Source: Planctomycetota bacterium (GTDB lineage Bacteria; Planctomycetota; Phycisphaerae; WQYP01). From it: DNA of 50,980 bases. Positions 34,708-43,560 of this stretch are shown piece by piece. Each line of letters begins with the position of its first letter. Position 1 is the stretch's first letter. The translations under genes were made by a program, and so were the position numbers. The notes beneath the pieces were generated by a model. That model did not search any database. It was not told where the DNA came from and saw only the letters and a list, made by a program, of their open reading frames with translations. The stretch spans positions 1 to 50,980 of the forward strand of contig JAJZGD010000003.1 of assembly GCA_021804985.1 (NCBI GenBank), in the 5' to 3' direction.

Positions 34708-36174
34708 ATGACCGCAGCGCAGGCACGCACGTTTTTCCTAAAGACAGAGAGCTACTGCAATTTTGACCTACCAGGGTACATCCAGTTCGGTTCCCTGTTG
34801 GAGGCCGTCGCCGAGCAGATGCGCGGTAAGGAGCTTCGCGCTATGTCCCTGAACCCTCGCGAGCACGAGGGCGTGAATTACACGGTGCAGTCGAACAAGG
34901 ACGGCCGATACGCGTGGCGGCCGCTACAGCTGATTCACCCCGCCCTCTACGTCTCGCTGGTGGACAAGATCACCACCCCAGAAAATTGGGGGGCGATAAC
35001 ACGCCGATTCATTGATTTCCAAAAATCATGCAAACTCAGATGCCTGGGCATCCCGCTGCAGTCCCGGGCGGGGGGCAAGGACAAGGCCGCCCTGATCGGC
35101 AGCTGGTGGCAAGAAATAGAGCAGAGATCGATCGAGCTCGCCATCGAATACGGCCATCTATTTCACGCAGACATCAAGGGTTGCTACGCCGCGATCTACA
35201 CGCATTCGATCGCATGGGCGCTACACGGCAAGAACGAGGCAAAAAGCGCCCGGCGCAATAAAGAACTCATCGGGAACGCCATCGATGCGCAAATCCAAGG
35301 CATGCGTCAGGGCCAGACCAACGGAATCCCCCAGGGGTCAGTATTGATGGATTTCATCGCTGAAATGGTTCTCGGCCACGCCGACCTCGATCTAACCACC
35401 CGCATTGGGGCCGCCGGAATTAGTGACTACCACATCCTGCGCTACCGCGACGACTACCGGGTGTTTACAAACAACCCCCGGGATGGCGAACAAATCCTTA
35501 AGCTGCTGACGGAAGTTCTCATCGGCCTGGGCATGCAGCTGAACACGGCCAAGACAGGGGGATCGTCGCAGGTCGTGAAAAGCTCCGTAAAGGCCGACAA
35601 GCGGTCATGGATCCGGGGGAAACAGTGGGACCGGAACCTTCAAAAGCACCTGCTCATAATCCACGCGCACGCTGAGGATTTCCCAAACTCCGGCAGCGTT
35701 GTTGTCGCCCTTGGGCGCTTCCACAAGAGAGTGTATGAGGAAAAGGCTTTCCAAAACGTCCGTGCCCTGATCAGCATCGTTGTTGACATCGCGTACGGCA
35801 GTCCGAGGGCATTTCCGGTGTGCGCGGCAATCATCAGCAAGCTACTAACCGCGATCAAGGAGAAGGCAGAACGGGAAGAGATCGTGGGGAATGCCCACAC
35901 CAAGATGTCACAGATGCCCAACACCGGCCACATTGAGTTGTGGCTCCAGCGAATCAGCTACGCGAGCGGTTTGGGCGTCGCCTACGGTGAACCGATATGC
36001 AAGCTCGTTGAGGGCGAGGCCACTGGCCTTTGGAACAGCGACTGGATCAAGGACGAGAACCTGAAGGCGGCACTCAACCCGTCCGGGATTGTTAGCAGGC
36101 CAAGGCTTCGCGCGGCCAAGCCTGTCATCGCACCGGAGGAGATAGCGGTCTTCCCGGAGGAACGGTACGAGTGA
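34708..36174 (+). CDS. stand-alone reverse transcriptase, Abi/UG (defence-associated) type with a helical C-terminal domain
   Basis: RT motifs: 1/2 KDGRYAWRPLQLIHPALYV; A FHADIKGCYAAIYTHSI; B NGIPQGSVLMDFIAEMVL; C ILRYRDDYRVF (YxDD); D/E GMQLNTAKT. About 200 aa of predicted helical C-terminus follow. The start is taken at the ATG at 34708 (MTAAQARTFF); the track ORF opens at a TTG at 34633. Confidence 0.85.
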   Translation: MTAAQARTFFLKTESYCNFDLPGYIQFGSLLEAVAEQMRGKELRAMSLNPREHEGVNYTVQSNKDGRYAWRPLQLIHPALYVSLVDKITTPENWGAITRRFIDFQKSCKLRCLGIPLQSRAGGKDKAALIGSWWQEIEQRSIELAIEYGHLFHADIKGCYAAIYTHSIAWALHGKNEAKSARRNKELIGNAIDAQIQGMRQGQTNGIPQGSVLMDFIAEMVLGHADLDLTTRIGAAGISDYHILRYRDDYRVFTNNPRDGEQILKLLTEVLIGLGMQLNTAKTGGSSQVVKSSVKADKRSWIRGKQWDRNLQKHLLIIHAHAEDFPNSGSVVVALGRFHKRVYEEKAFQNVRALISIVVDIAYGSPRAFPVCAAIISKLLTAIKEKAEREEIVGNAHTKMSQMPNTGHIELWLQRISYASGLGVAYGEPICKLVEGEATGLWNSDWIKDENLKAALNPSGIVSRPRLRAAKPVIAPEEIAVFPEERYE

Positions 36175-36445
36175 GCGGCCGGTGGCAAGCCCATACCGGT
36201 ACGCTAGGCCGAGGCGTCCCGCAGCCCCGCCGGGCCGGGTCGGTATGCGCAAGCCAAGGCCCCAGCAGCGCGGTGATCCAGGCCTTCGACGCCGTGCGTG
36301 AATTTCGCGATCCAGGCGTGGCCCCAACCGATGGCCTCCCTTCGCCGATGGGACGCGAACGCTTGCGCACCCTGCTACCTGAGTGGTAACTCGCAATAAT
36401 TTACGCCACCGGGCCAGTGGCCGATGCAGAGCCGCTTGGCTTGCC

Positions 36446-37159
36446 TCATTCGGCGTTCAGTTCATGCAGATTGATGCCAAGCGTTTCCAGTGCGCATTTG
36501 GCCGCCAATTGCTCCGCCAGCTTTTTGCTGTTTCCCCAGCGCGACTCAAACTGCCGCTCTCCAATGGCGACGTAAATTTGAAATGATTTATCATGATCCA
36601 ACCCGGTTTCCGCCTGCACGTGATAAACGGGTGTCGTACCAAATTCGCGTTGGGCATGCTGCTGCAGTATCGATTTGTAATTCTGATCATGCTGATTATT
36701 AATAATTTCCCGCAGGTGTTCATTCATCGCCGGCATGAGGAACTTGCGGATGGTTTTTAAATCGCCGCCGCTGTCGAGATACATCGCTCCCAAAATCGCT
36801 TCCAGCAATCCGGCCGCCACACTCACCGGCAAGCCGCCGGTCCGGTTCATGCCGGGGCCCACACGCACCAATGCCGTCAGGCCGATTTTATCGCTGATGC
36901 GGGCGCACGTTTTACGGCTGACGGCCGCGGCCTTCAGTATGGTCAGATCCCCCTCACGCCGATCGGGGAACAGGTTAAAAACATGCTCGCAGATCAACAG
37001 GCCAAGCACCGCATCGCCCAGAAATTCCAGCCGTTCATAATTATGCAGGCGATGGGCCGCGGCCGAGGAATGGGTCAGCGCGGCATCAAGAATGGTCGCA
37101 TCTTTAAAGCTATATCCAATGATGGCCTGGCAGTTCTTTAAACTTTCCACGTCAACCAT
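36446..37159 (-). CDS. rnc: ribonuclease III
   Basis: The signature NYERLEFLGDAVLGL and a C-terminal dsRBD (SKKLAEQLAAKCALETL). Confidence 0.95.
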   Translation of the reverse strand: MVDVESLKNCQAIIGYSFKDATILDAALTHSSAAAHRLHNYERLEFLGDAVLGLLICEHVFNLFPDRREGDLTILKAAAVSRKTCARISDKIGLTALVRVGPGMNRTGGLPVSVAAGLLEAILGAMYLDSGGDLKTIRKFLMPAMNEHLREIINNQHDQNYKSILQQHAQREFGTTPVYHVQAETGLDHDKSFQIYVAIGERQFESRWGNSKKLAEQLAAKCALETLGINLHELNAE

Positions 37160-37411
37160 GCGAATAGTTCCCCGGGTAAATAAAACATTTTGAACTCAGG
37201 TGCGTTGCAGCATTGATTTGACGCAGACCGCCCAGAGTGCCCGCAGGCAAGCAGGGCGATTGGCGTCATGAAGTCCCAATCAGCGTTTCATCCGTGCGGC
37301 AATCCTCTATGCCGATAAACCAATTCCGCCGGGTGATTAAATCCACAGCGAGAAACAACCGTTTGGGCTGCGCATCCGATTTGTTGCGAGCCAGCAATCC
37401 CGGCTGCATCA

Positions 37412-38860
37412 TCATCGGCGAAGCCCCCGCAGCAACCTGAGAAAATTGCTCATATCTTCGGGCATCGCGGCTTCCAGCAACATCCGTTTGTAATGTGTGG
37501 GGTGCACAAACTGCAATCGCAGGGCGTGCAGGGCCTGGCGCTCCATGATCAGCGCCTGCGGGTCCGGCGATTTTGCACCGAGGTCCGCATAGGTAACGGT
37601 TCGGCCGGCGTAATCAGCATCCCCCACGATCGGATGGCCGATAAAAGCCATGTGAACGCGAAGCTGATGCGTGCGGCCGGTTTTAGGGCTTAGTTCAACG
37701 AGTGAAAAATTTTCGAAGCGCTCGATGACGGTGTAAACGCTTTGGGCGGGGCGGCCGATGTCACGGCGTACCGCCATCTTCTCGCGATTGTCTTTATGCA
37801 GGCCAATGGGGGCATCGATTAAATCCTGATCGAGAACGGGCTGGCCGTGAATAATGGCGAGGTACGTTTTTTTAATGGTGCGCCGTTCGAATTGGCCGGC
37901 GAGTCGCCAATGGGCCTCATCGGTTTTAGCGACCAGAATGATGCCGGTGGTATCGCGGTCGAGGCGATGAATGATGCCGGGTCGCCAGGGATCGCTGCCG
38001 GTGGAAAGCGTACCGGCGGTTTGTGCCGCATGATGCAGCAATGCGTTGATCATAGTGCCGGTCCAGTGCCCGCGGGCGGGATGCACGAGCAGGCCGGCCT
38101 GTTTATTGATGGCGATAAAATGCTCATCTTCGTAAACGATGGCCAGCGGGATCGGCTCGGGGAGTGCTTTATGCTCTGCGGGAGGTGGTATTTTAATGCG
38201 GACGGTGTCGCCGGCGCGCAGCAATGTGCTGGCACGTGCGGTGCGCCCATTCACTTGAGCGAGGCCGGCCTTGATAACTTTTTGAATGGCCGCCCGGCTG
38301 TGGTGGGCCAGGCGGTCTTTCAGATAGAGGTCCAATCGTTTTTGCAGATCATGGCGAATATGAAAAGTGGTTTCCGTCAGACTCGCCATCGGGGCGTCAG
38401 CATTCTGCATATCGATAGCTGGCGCATCGCCATCCTGTGCCTCAACATCATGTGCGTCGAGATCCGGCGCATCGAGATCCGGCGTTTCATTCTGCGCAGC
38501 GGGGGCGGCTGATGGCGCGGGGGGTGCGGGTGGTGCCGATGACACAGGCGGTGGCGGCGGTGCAGGCGCTGCTACGGGCGCGAACGGCGCGGGTGATTTC
38601 GATTTTTGTCCGGCACCGGATGGCGCAGCTGGCGCGAGCGTTTTGGGCGGCATAGCTATTTTGCGGGCCCTGGCGGCCGCGGACAATGCGGCTTTTTTGC
38701 TGGTCTTCGGCGCCGCAGCCGATTTAGCTTTTTTGCGCGGCTTGGGTTCCGCCGGCTTTTTGAGCGGTTTGGCTTTCTTGCGGTGCATGGGCTTTTTGGG
38801 GCCCTTGGCGGCCTTGGGTGATCTCGGCGTTTTGGTGGCAGGTAATGGATCGCGACGCAT
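37412..38860 (-). CDS. rluD: RluA-family 23S rRNA pseudouridine synthase (RluD-like) with a ~150-aa Lys/Ala/Pro-rich N-terminal extension
   Basis: S4 domain (RLDLYLKDRL...GLAQVNGRTARAS), the catalytic motif HRLDRDTTGIILVAKT, and a TGRTHQLRVHMAFIGHPIVGD block. The N-terminus is KKPxKPK/AAPAPPPP low complexity. Confidence 0.85.
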   Translation of the reverse strand: MRRDPLPATKTPRSPKAAKGPKKPMHRKKAKPLKKPAEPKPRKKAKSAAAPKTSKKAALSAAARARKIAMPPKTLAPAAPSGAGQKSKSPAPFAPVAAPAPPPPPVSSAPPAPPAPSAAPAAQNETPDLDAPDLDAHDVEAQDGDAPAIDMQNADAPMASLTETTFHIRHDLQKRLDLYLKDRLAHHSRAAIQKVIKAGLAQVNGRTARASTLLRAGDTVRIKIPPPAEHKALPEPIPLAIVYEDEHFIAINKQAGLLVHPARGHWTGTMINALLHHAAQTAGTLSTGSDPWRPGIIHRLDRDTTGIILVAKTDEAHWRLAGQFERRTIKKTYLAIIHGQPVLDQDLIDAPIGLHKDNREKMAVRRDIGRPAQSVYTVIERFENFSLVELSPKTGRTHQLRVHMAFIGHPIVGDADYAGRTVTYADLGAKSPDPQALIMERQALHALRLQFVHPTHYKRMLLEAAMPEDMSNFLRLLRGLRR

Positions 38861-38891
38861 GGGCGCAGTTTAACCGAAAGCGCGCGCCGGC

Positions 38892-40835
38892 TCAGCGCGT
38901 GGGCATGCGGCCGGCGGCTTCGAGCTTTTTAATATGCCGGCGAACCAGCCACATATCCAGCAGGCCACCGAGTGTGCTGGCGCTGATGTACAAATTCAAG
39001 CCGGACGGCGCGTTGTACAAAACGATGGGCAAAATCAGGATCATGTATTGCGATATGGCCTGCGCCTGCTTTTGCTGCGGATCGGTGGGTGTGGGGGCGA
39101 GGCGCATTTGGAACTTCATCTGAAAGAAAAACACGACGCCCAGAAGTATGGGCAAAAGGTTTAGTGCCATAAAACTCTGGCCGTGGAACATATAGCCGAG
39201 AATCGGGACATGAAACGGCGTGTGAAATACGGCGATGGAGTCCGGGTTGGAAAGGTCGTTGATCCAACCGGGAATAAAGGTGGCCTGGCGCAGATCAATA
39301 TCGACGGCAAGCCCGGAATAAAGGGCCACCCAGATGGGCATTTGCAAAAGCATGGGAAGGCAGCCAAATACGGTGGCCGCCGGGTTAACGCCGTGCTTGG
39401 CGTATAGCGCCATCATTTCCTGATTCAGTTTGGTGCGGTCTTTTCCATATTTTTCCTTGAGGTATTGCATATCCGGCGCCAGCGCCGCCATTTTGCGTTG
39501 TGAGCGCGCCATGCTTACCTGGCTCAGGCGGGTAAGGGGGTGCAGCATCAGGCGAACCACAATCACCAGCACCATGATCGCTAAGCCGTAGTTGTGTACC
39601 ACGCGGTAAATCCAGGTCAGCAGTTTCATGATTCCCAGCGCCAGCCAGGAGAAGGTAAGAAAGGCGCACGGGCTGCCCTGATTGAACTGAATAATGTCGA
39701 GATATTGATATAAGTGGAATTCGGCTGCACTGGTGCCGGGTTTGGCCGCGGCCGAGCCAGCCAGAATGGATCGCTTCTTGGGGCCAAAATAAACGCTCAC
39801 GGGAAGGCTGCTGGTTTGGTTGCCTGAAAGCAGCAGGCTTCGCGAGTGCAGCACCACGGCAGATAAGCCACGCGGGTCTGCGGCATCGGCCTGCGGCCCC
39901 ACACGGCGCACCACGGCCGTGCCCCAGGCATTGATCTGCGGCAGTTGCGAGCCATCGTCCATCAAATAGAAATGGGGTTTGCCGGAAGCGACGGGGCGCA
40001 TAATGGCGGTAAAAAAGCGATTGCTCGATGCGATCCAGAGCAGGGGATTGGTGCCGTAAAAAGATCCGAGCGGATGGGACGGGGCGGCGGCATTAAGCAG
40101 CGGCGCCTGATAAATCTCGGGAAAGCCGCTGGTGGTGATGTACCGCCCCTTGGTGTTGTAGCCGGCGCACTGAAAAACGCGTTGATCGGCCTGCATATCC
40201 TGCAGGGGCAAATTGGTGGGGCCGTATTGCACCACTTTTACCGCCAAAGCGGCGGCTGAAAGATTTTCAAGTTGCTGGTTAATCCGTACGTTGTAGCTAT
40301 TCGGCTTAAGCCGGTAGGTTCGCACGATGCGTAACATCGGGGCGCTGGTGCCGGGTTTATCCAGGGTGAGGGAAAATTGCGCTGTGGTGTTGCGCAGGGC
40401 GGCAGGCTGCGGGTCGGTATCCCAGTTCACGTTGTTGAGGTAATAGCTTTGCCCGTTGATGATCAATCGGCGGATTGAAAAGGCCAGCGGATTATGGGCG
40501 AGGTGCTCAAGCAGCAGCAGCGGCTTCGGGGAGCCTACATTTTCGCGGTAGTTTTTCGCATTCAGTTTCACATCCACCACGCCGGCGGTGTGGTTTGATA
40601 CCGTCATCGCCAGCAGGTAAGGCATGCCCGGTTGGTCTGAGCCGATGGTAAGGGTTTGGCGTTTAACCGGCAGGCCCTTGTGGCTGTTGCTGACGATAAA
40701 GCCGCTGGTGGGCCGGTGCATATGGGCGATGGGGGCGTGGTGGTGATGGCCAAAAAATTTGGAGAACAACAGGTTGAATACCAGCGCCAGCACCGCAGCG
40801 AGCAAAACAACCGTGAAAAACTTTTTCCAATCCAT
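38892..40835 (-). CDS. yidC: membrane protein insertase YidC
   Basis: N-terminal TM, a large periplasmic domain, and a C-terminal 60-kDa-IMP core (NYGLAIMVLVIVVRLMLHPLT, LKEKYGKDRTKLNQEMMALYAKHGVNP, GCLPMLLQMPIWVALY). Confidence 0.9.
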   Translation of the reverse strand: MDWKKFFTVVLLAAVLALVFNLLFSKFFGHHHHAPIAHMHRPTSGFIVSNSHKGLPVKRQTLTIGSDQPGMPYLLAMTVSNHTAGVVDVKLNAKNYRENVGSPKPLLLLEHLAHNPLAFSIRRLIINGQSYYLNNVNWDTDPQPAALRNTTAQFSLTLDKPGTSAPMLRIVRTYRLKPNSYNVRINQQLENLSAAALAVKVVQYGPTNLPLQDMQADQRVFQCAGYNTKGRYITTSGFPEIYQAPLLNAAAPSHPLGSFYGTNPLLWIASSNRFFTAIMRPVASGKPHFYLMDDGSQLPQINAWGTAVVRRVGPQADAADPRGLSAVVLHSRSLLLSGNQTSSLPVSVYFGPKKRSILAGSAAAKPGTSAAEFHLYQYLDIIQFNQGSPCAFLTFSWLALGIMKLLTWIYRVVHNYGLAIMVLVIVVRLMLHPLTRLSQVSMARSQRKMAALAPDMQYLKEKYGKDRTKLNQEMMALYAKHGVNPAATVFGCLPMLLQMPIWVALYSGLAVDIDLRQATFIPGWINDLSNPDSIAVFHTPFHVPILGYMFHGQSFMALNLLPILLGVVFFFQMKFQMRLAPTPTDPQQKQAQAISQYMILILPIVLYNAPSGLNLYISASTLGGLLDMWLVRRHIKKLEAAGRMPTR

Positions 40836-40922
40836 ATACCGTACTCAATAAGCCGAAACCGGCAACGGCGCTTGTTGTCCGTGCCAGGGTCGATCGAAAG
40901 ACTTAATCGCCGGCTGAAACCT

Positions 40923-42017
40923 TCAAGTTCCCTCAACCAGCCGTTGACCGAGGAAGTTGTCCAACGCGTCGATGGCTCGAACCTTTTCGACGGTTGTCGC
41001 CACATCATAGGGTAGCCGGATAAATTCCACATGATCCGGATGCAGGATGGCAAAGCTGGATCGCGGATCGTGATCGCGCGGCTGGCCGACACTGCCTACG
41101 TTGATAATCGCCTTTTCATCGCTGATCACATATTTGTTGCCAAGATCTTCGGGCGAGTAAAAATCAGGGTGTTGCACAAAGACGCCCGGCACATGCGTGT
41201 GGCCCACAAAGCACAAATGCGTGATGCGGTCGAAAATCAGCGAGATTTTCTGTTGGGCGGAAAAGATATCATCGGGAAAGATATATTCGTTGATCGGGCG
41301 GCGCGGCGAGCCATGTACCGCAAGAAATCGCGATGTGTTAAGCCGCGTCTGCATGCTGCCCAAATAGCGCCAGCGGCGATTGCGGCGTTCGCGATCGGTA
41401 TCGGTTTCAAACTGGCCGCGGGTCCAGAAGGCGGCGTTCTCGGCCGCGGTGTTGAAGTTGTAGGGTTCGTAAAAAATGGCGAAATCATGGTTGCCCATGA
41501 TTGTAAATTCGCAGGCGTTGATGACGATATCCATGCATTCGAGTGGATTGGGGCCGTAGCCAATGACATCGCCGAGGCAGCAGATGCGCCGGATGCCGCG
41601 TTTATTGATCTCCTCCATCACCACGGTAAGGCCTTCAAGATTGCCGTGGATATCGGAAATAATAGCCATGGGTTCTTGATCGATGGCGGGATCCGCGGGG
41701 GCGGCTGCAGGGTTTGCGTTGGCAGCGTCTTCCGGGGGCGATTCGGGTGGCGCCGCATCGGGCTTGTGAGCATTTTTCATGCTCGAAAGTCTGGCAAGGG
41801 GTTCGGCTTCATCGCTGGGATTTTGTGGCATCTCCGCGGGCATAAAAGTGTCTGTTCCACCTGCAAAGTAAAAACCATGCCGCCGTGGCGCGCTTTGGGC
41901 CGGCGCCCCCGCTAACCTGTCGCGCATCGTATAAGCCGCGCAAGTCCGCCGAGCCTTGCCATTGTATTGGTCCAGCGGGTCGCCACGCAATGTAGTTGAC
42001 ATCCCGCCGATTGACAA
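40923..42017 (-). CDS. metallophosphoesterase (calcineurin-like, YfcE/MJ0936-type)
   Basis: MAIISDIHGN, CLGDVIGYGP, GNHD and GHTHVPG metal-ligand motifs. The catalytic domain begins about aa 117, so the real start is probably an internal Met such as MPAEMPQ at 41843. Confidence 0.75.
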   Translation of the reverse strand: MSIGGMSTTLRGDPLDQYNGKARRTCAAYTMRDRLAGAPAQSAPRRHGFYFAGGTDTFMPAEMPQNPSDEAEPLARLSSMKNAHKPDAAPPESPPEDAANANPAAAPADPAIDQEPMAIISDIHGNLEGLTVVMEEINKRGIRRICCLGDVIGYGPNPLECMDIVINACEFTIMGNHDFAIFYEPYNFNTAAENAAFWTRGQFETDTDRERRNRRWRYLGSMQTRLNTSRFLAVHGSPRRPINEYIFPDDIFSAQQKISLIFDRITHLCFVGHTHVPGVFVQHPDFYSPEDLGNKYVISDEKAIINVGSVGQPRDHDPRSSFAILHPDHVEFIRLPYDVATTVEKVRAIDALDNFLGQRLVEGT

Positions 42018-42073
42018 GGCTGAGGGGTGAGGTGCGCGGCCACCAACCCGATTTTCAGGCGAATTATCGGGGA

Positions 42074-43408
42074 TTACCCATTTTTGACCCAGCGGAGTAG
42101 CAGTTTTGATAGTTCCGCCATTGAAAGCGGCCTGGGCAATATAAATCCATCGGAAAGCAGGGCGGGAAAGGTATTGGGGTCTGCACTGACCAAGCCATGC
42201 GAACCGCGCACCATGGCCGGATCTTGTGCGATGGCTCGGCCCGGTTTGGCCGGATCAAAAAACAATTCGCGCGGGTCGTACCCCGGCTTGCGATGGATAT
42301 CGACCGAAAACTGCCAGTTCGGCTTCTCACCGTCCGCCTGCCACCAATCATGGATAAACCATGCGTCGGGCGCGGAAAGCAGCACGCCATCGCCGGCGCG
42401 GGTGTTGGCAATCCCCAGGGCGGCGAAATCTGTTTGCTCCAGAATGCGATCCACACCGGCAGCCGGGCGCAGTACTTCAAACGCCTGCATCTTTTTATCC
42501 GGGCGGCAGTAAAGAAATGCCACCTGATGGTCAACCATGACAAAGGCGCCGCTCGCGGCGTAATCCACCAGCAATTTTCCATTTTCATCGGGTGTGGTTT
42601 TAAGCAGGCCCGCCTGTCGCAGCAAAAGATTGGGCGCTACCGCCCGGCTGACCGTGTTCATGGCGTAGTCGCCGACAATCATTAATTTGCCTTCGCTTTT
42701 CCAGACTGCGGCAATGAGCGGCTCAAGGATTTGATCCAATGCTTTGACGTCGCGTGCGATCGCGGGGTCGGCGGGGCCAAGCCGTTGGAGGTTGTAATCC
42801 AGATGGGGGATATACACCATCTGCAAATCCGGCTGATGCTTCTGCCACACATGAGCTGCCGCTTTGCCGATCCACTCTGAGGCGGCGATTCCTGCCACAG
42901 GCCCCCAGTAATGATGCAGCGGGAAGGGGCCGAGTTCGGCGGCCAATTGTTCGTAAAGATCACCGGGGCGTGCCCAGCATGAGCTTACCGTGCGGCCATC
43001 CGGCGTGTGCACCGGCTTGGGGGTAAGAATGATGTCGGCCGAAGTTCCGATGGATTGCTGGAAGAAAAGCAGCGCCGTTTTTATGCCGGCATTCTGCCAG
43101 AACCGAGGTGCCTGCAGCAGCGCATCGGATTGTTCCCAGAAGCTCACATTTTTTCGGAATTCCGGATGGCTGTCGCCATCAAGCACCGGGTGCAGATCGG
43201 GCAGGGCGCGGGTAAAAAGCCCGTTGCAAATAATGCCATGTTGCGCAGGGGATTTTCCTGTGGTCAGGCTGGCCTGAAAGGTGGATGTCAACGCGGGGAA
43301 TACCGGTTCCAGCGACGCCTGATACTGAAGCGCACCAAGTCGCGGGCCGATCATTGCCAGCATTTTGCGGTCCAATCCCGCGATCACGACGAGGCACACT
43401 CGGGGCAT
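42074..43408 (-). CDS. alkaline-phosphatase-superfamily nucleotide pyrophosphatase/phosphodiesterase-like protein
   Basis: VCLVVIAGLD...FPALTSTFQASLTTGKSPAQHGI (Thr nucleophile context) and YIPHLDYNLQRLGP are typical of type I phosphodiesterase/NPP family proteins. Confidence 0.7.
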   Translation of the reverse strand: MPRVCLVVIAGLDRKMLAMIGPRLGALQYQASLEPVFPALTSTFQASLTTGKSPAQHGIICNGLFTRALPDLHPVLDGDSHPEFRKNVSFWEQSDALLQAPRFWQNAGIKTALLFFQQSIGTSADIILTPKPVHTPDGRTVSSCWARPGDLYEQLAAELGPFPLHHYWGPVAGIAASEWIGKAAAHVWQKHQPDLQMVYIPHLDYNLQRLGPADPAIARDVKALDQILEPLIAAVWKSEGKLMIVGDYAMNTVSRAVAPNLLLRQAGLLKTTPDENGKLLVDYAASGAFVMVDHQVAFLYCRPDKKMQAFEVLRPAAGVDRILEQTDFAALGIANTRAGDGVLLSAPDAWFIHDWWQADGEKPNWQFSVDIHRKPGYDPRELFFDPAKPGRAIAQDPAMVRGSHGLVSADPNTFPALLSDGFILPRPLSMAELSKLLLRWVKNG

Positions 43409-43560
43409 CTTGTGGCAACTCCTGTTATTTACTGTTGTTCCATTTCATCCGGTGGCCATTCACCCGCGTGACGCCACGCCGCACTGCGCACCAGCCGACC
43501 CGCGGGCCGCTCGCGGGTAGCGCGGCCCGCGCCCTGCATTTAACGGAATATAGCCGTGGA

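Noticed and set aside
25586-36174. Assignment of the island to DISARM, BREX or a type I/III R-M system.
   Set aside because: There is no DUF1998/DrmB or DrmA helicase, no PglZ/BrxC/BrxL, no HsdS/HsdR and no Res subunit. Only the PLD-SNF2 + Eco57I-type MTase pair is shared with those systems.
25298-36446. Integrase, att sites or prophage genes that would explain island mobility.
   Set aside because: No tyrosine or serine recombinase, no tRNA gene at either border, and no convincing direct repeat between the two flanks. The only recombinase-like domain is the RAYT embedded in the MTase.
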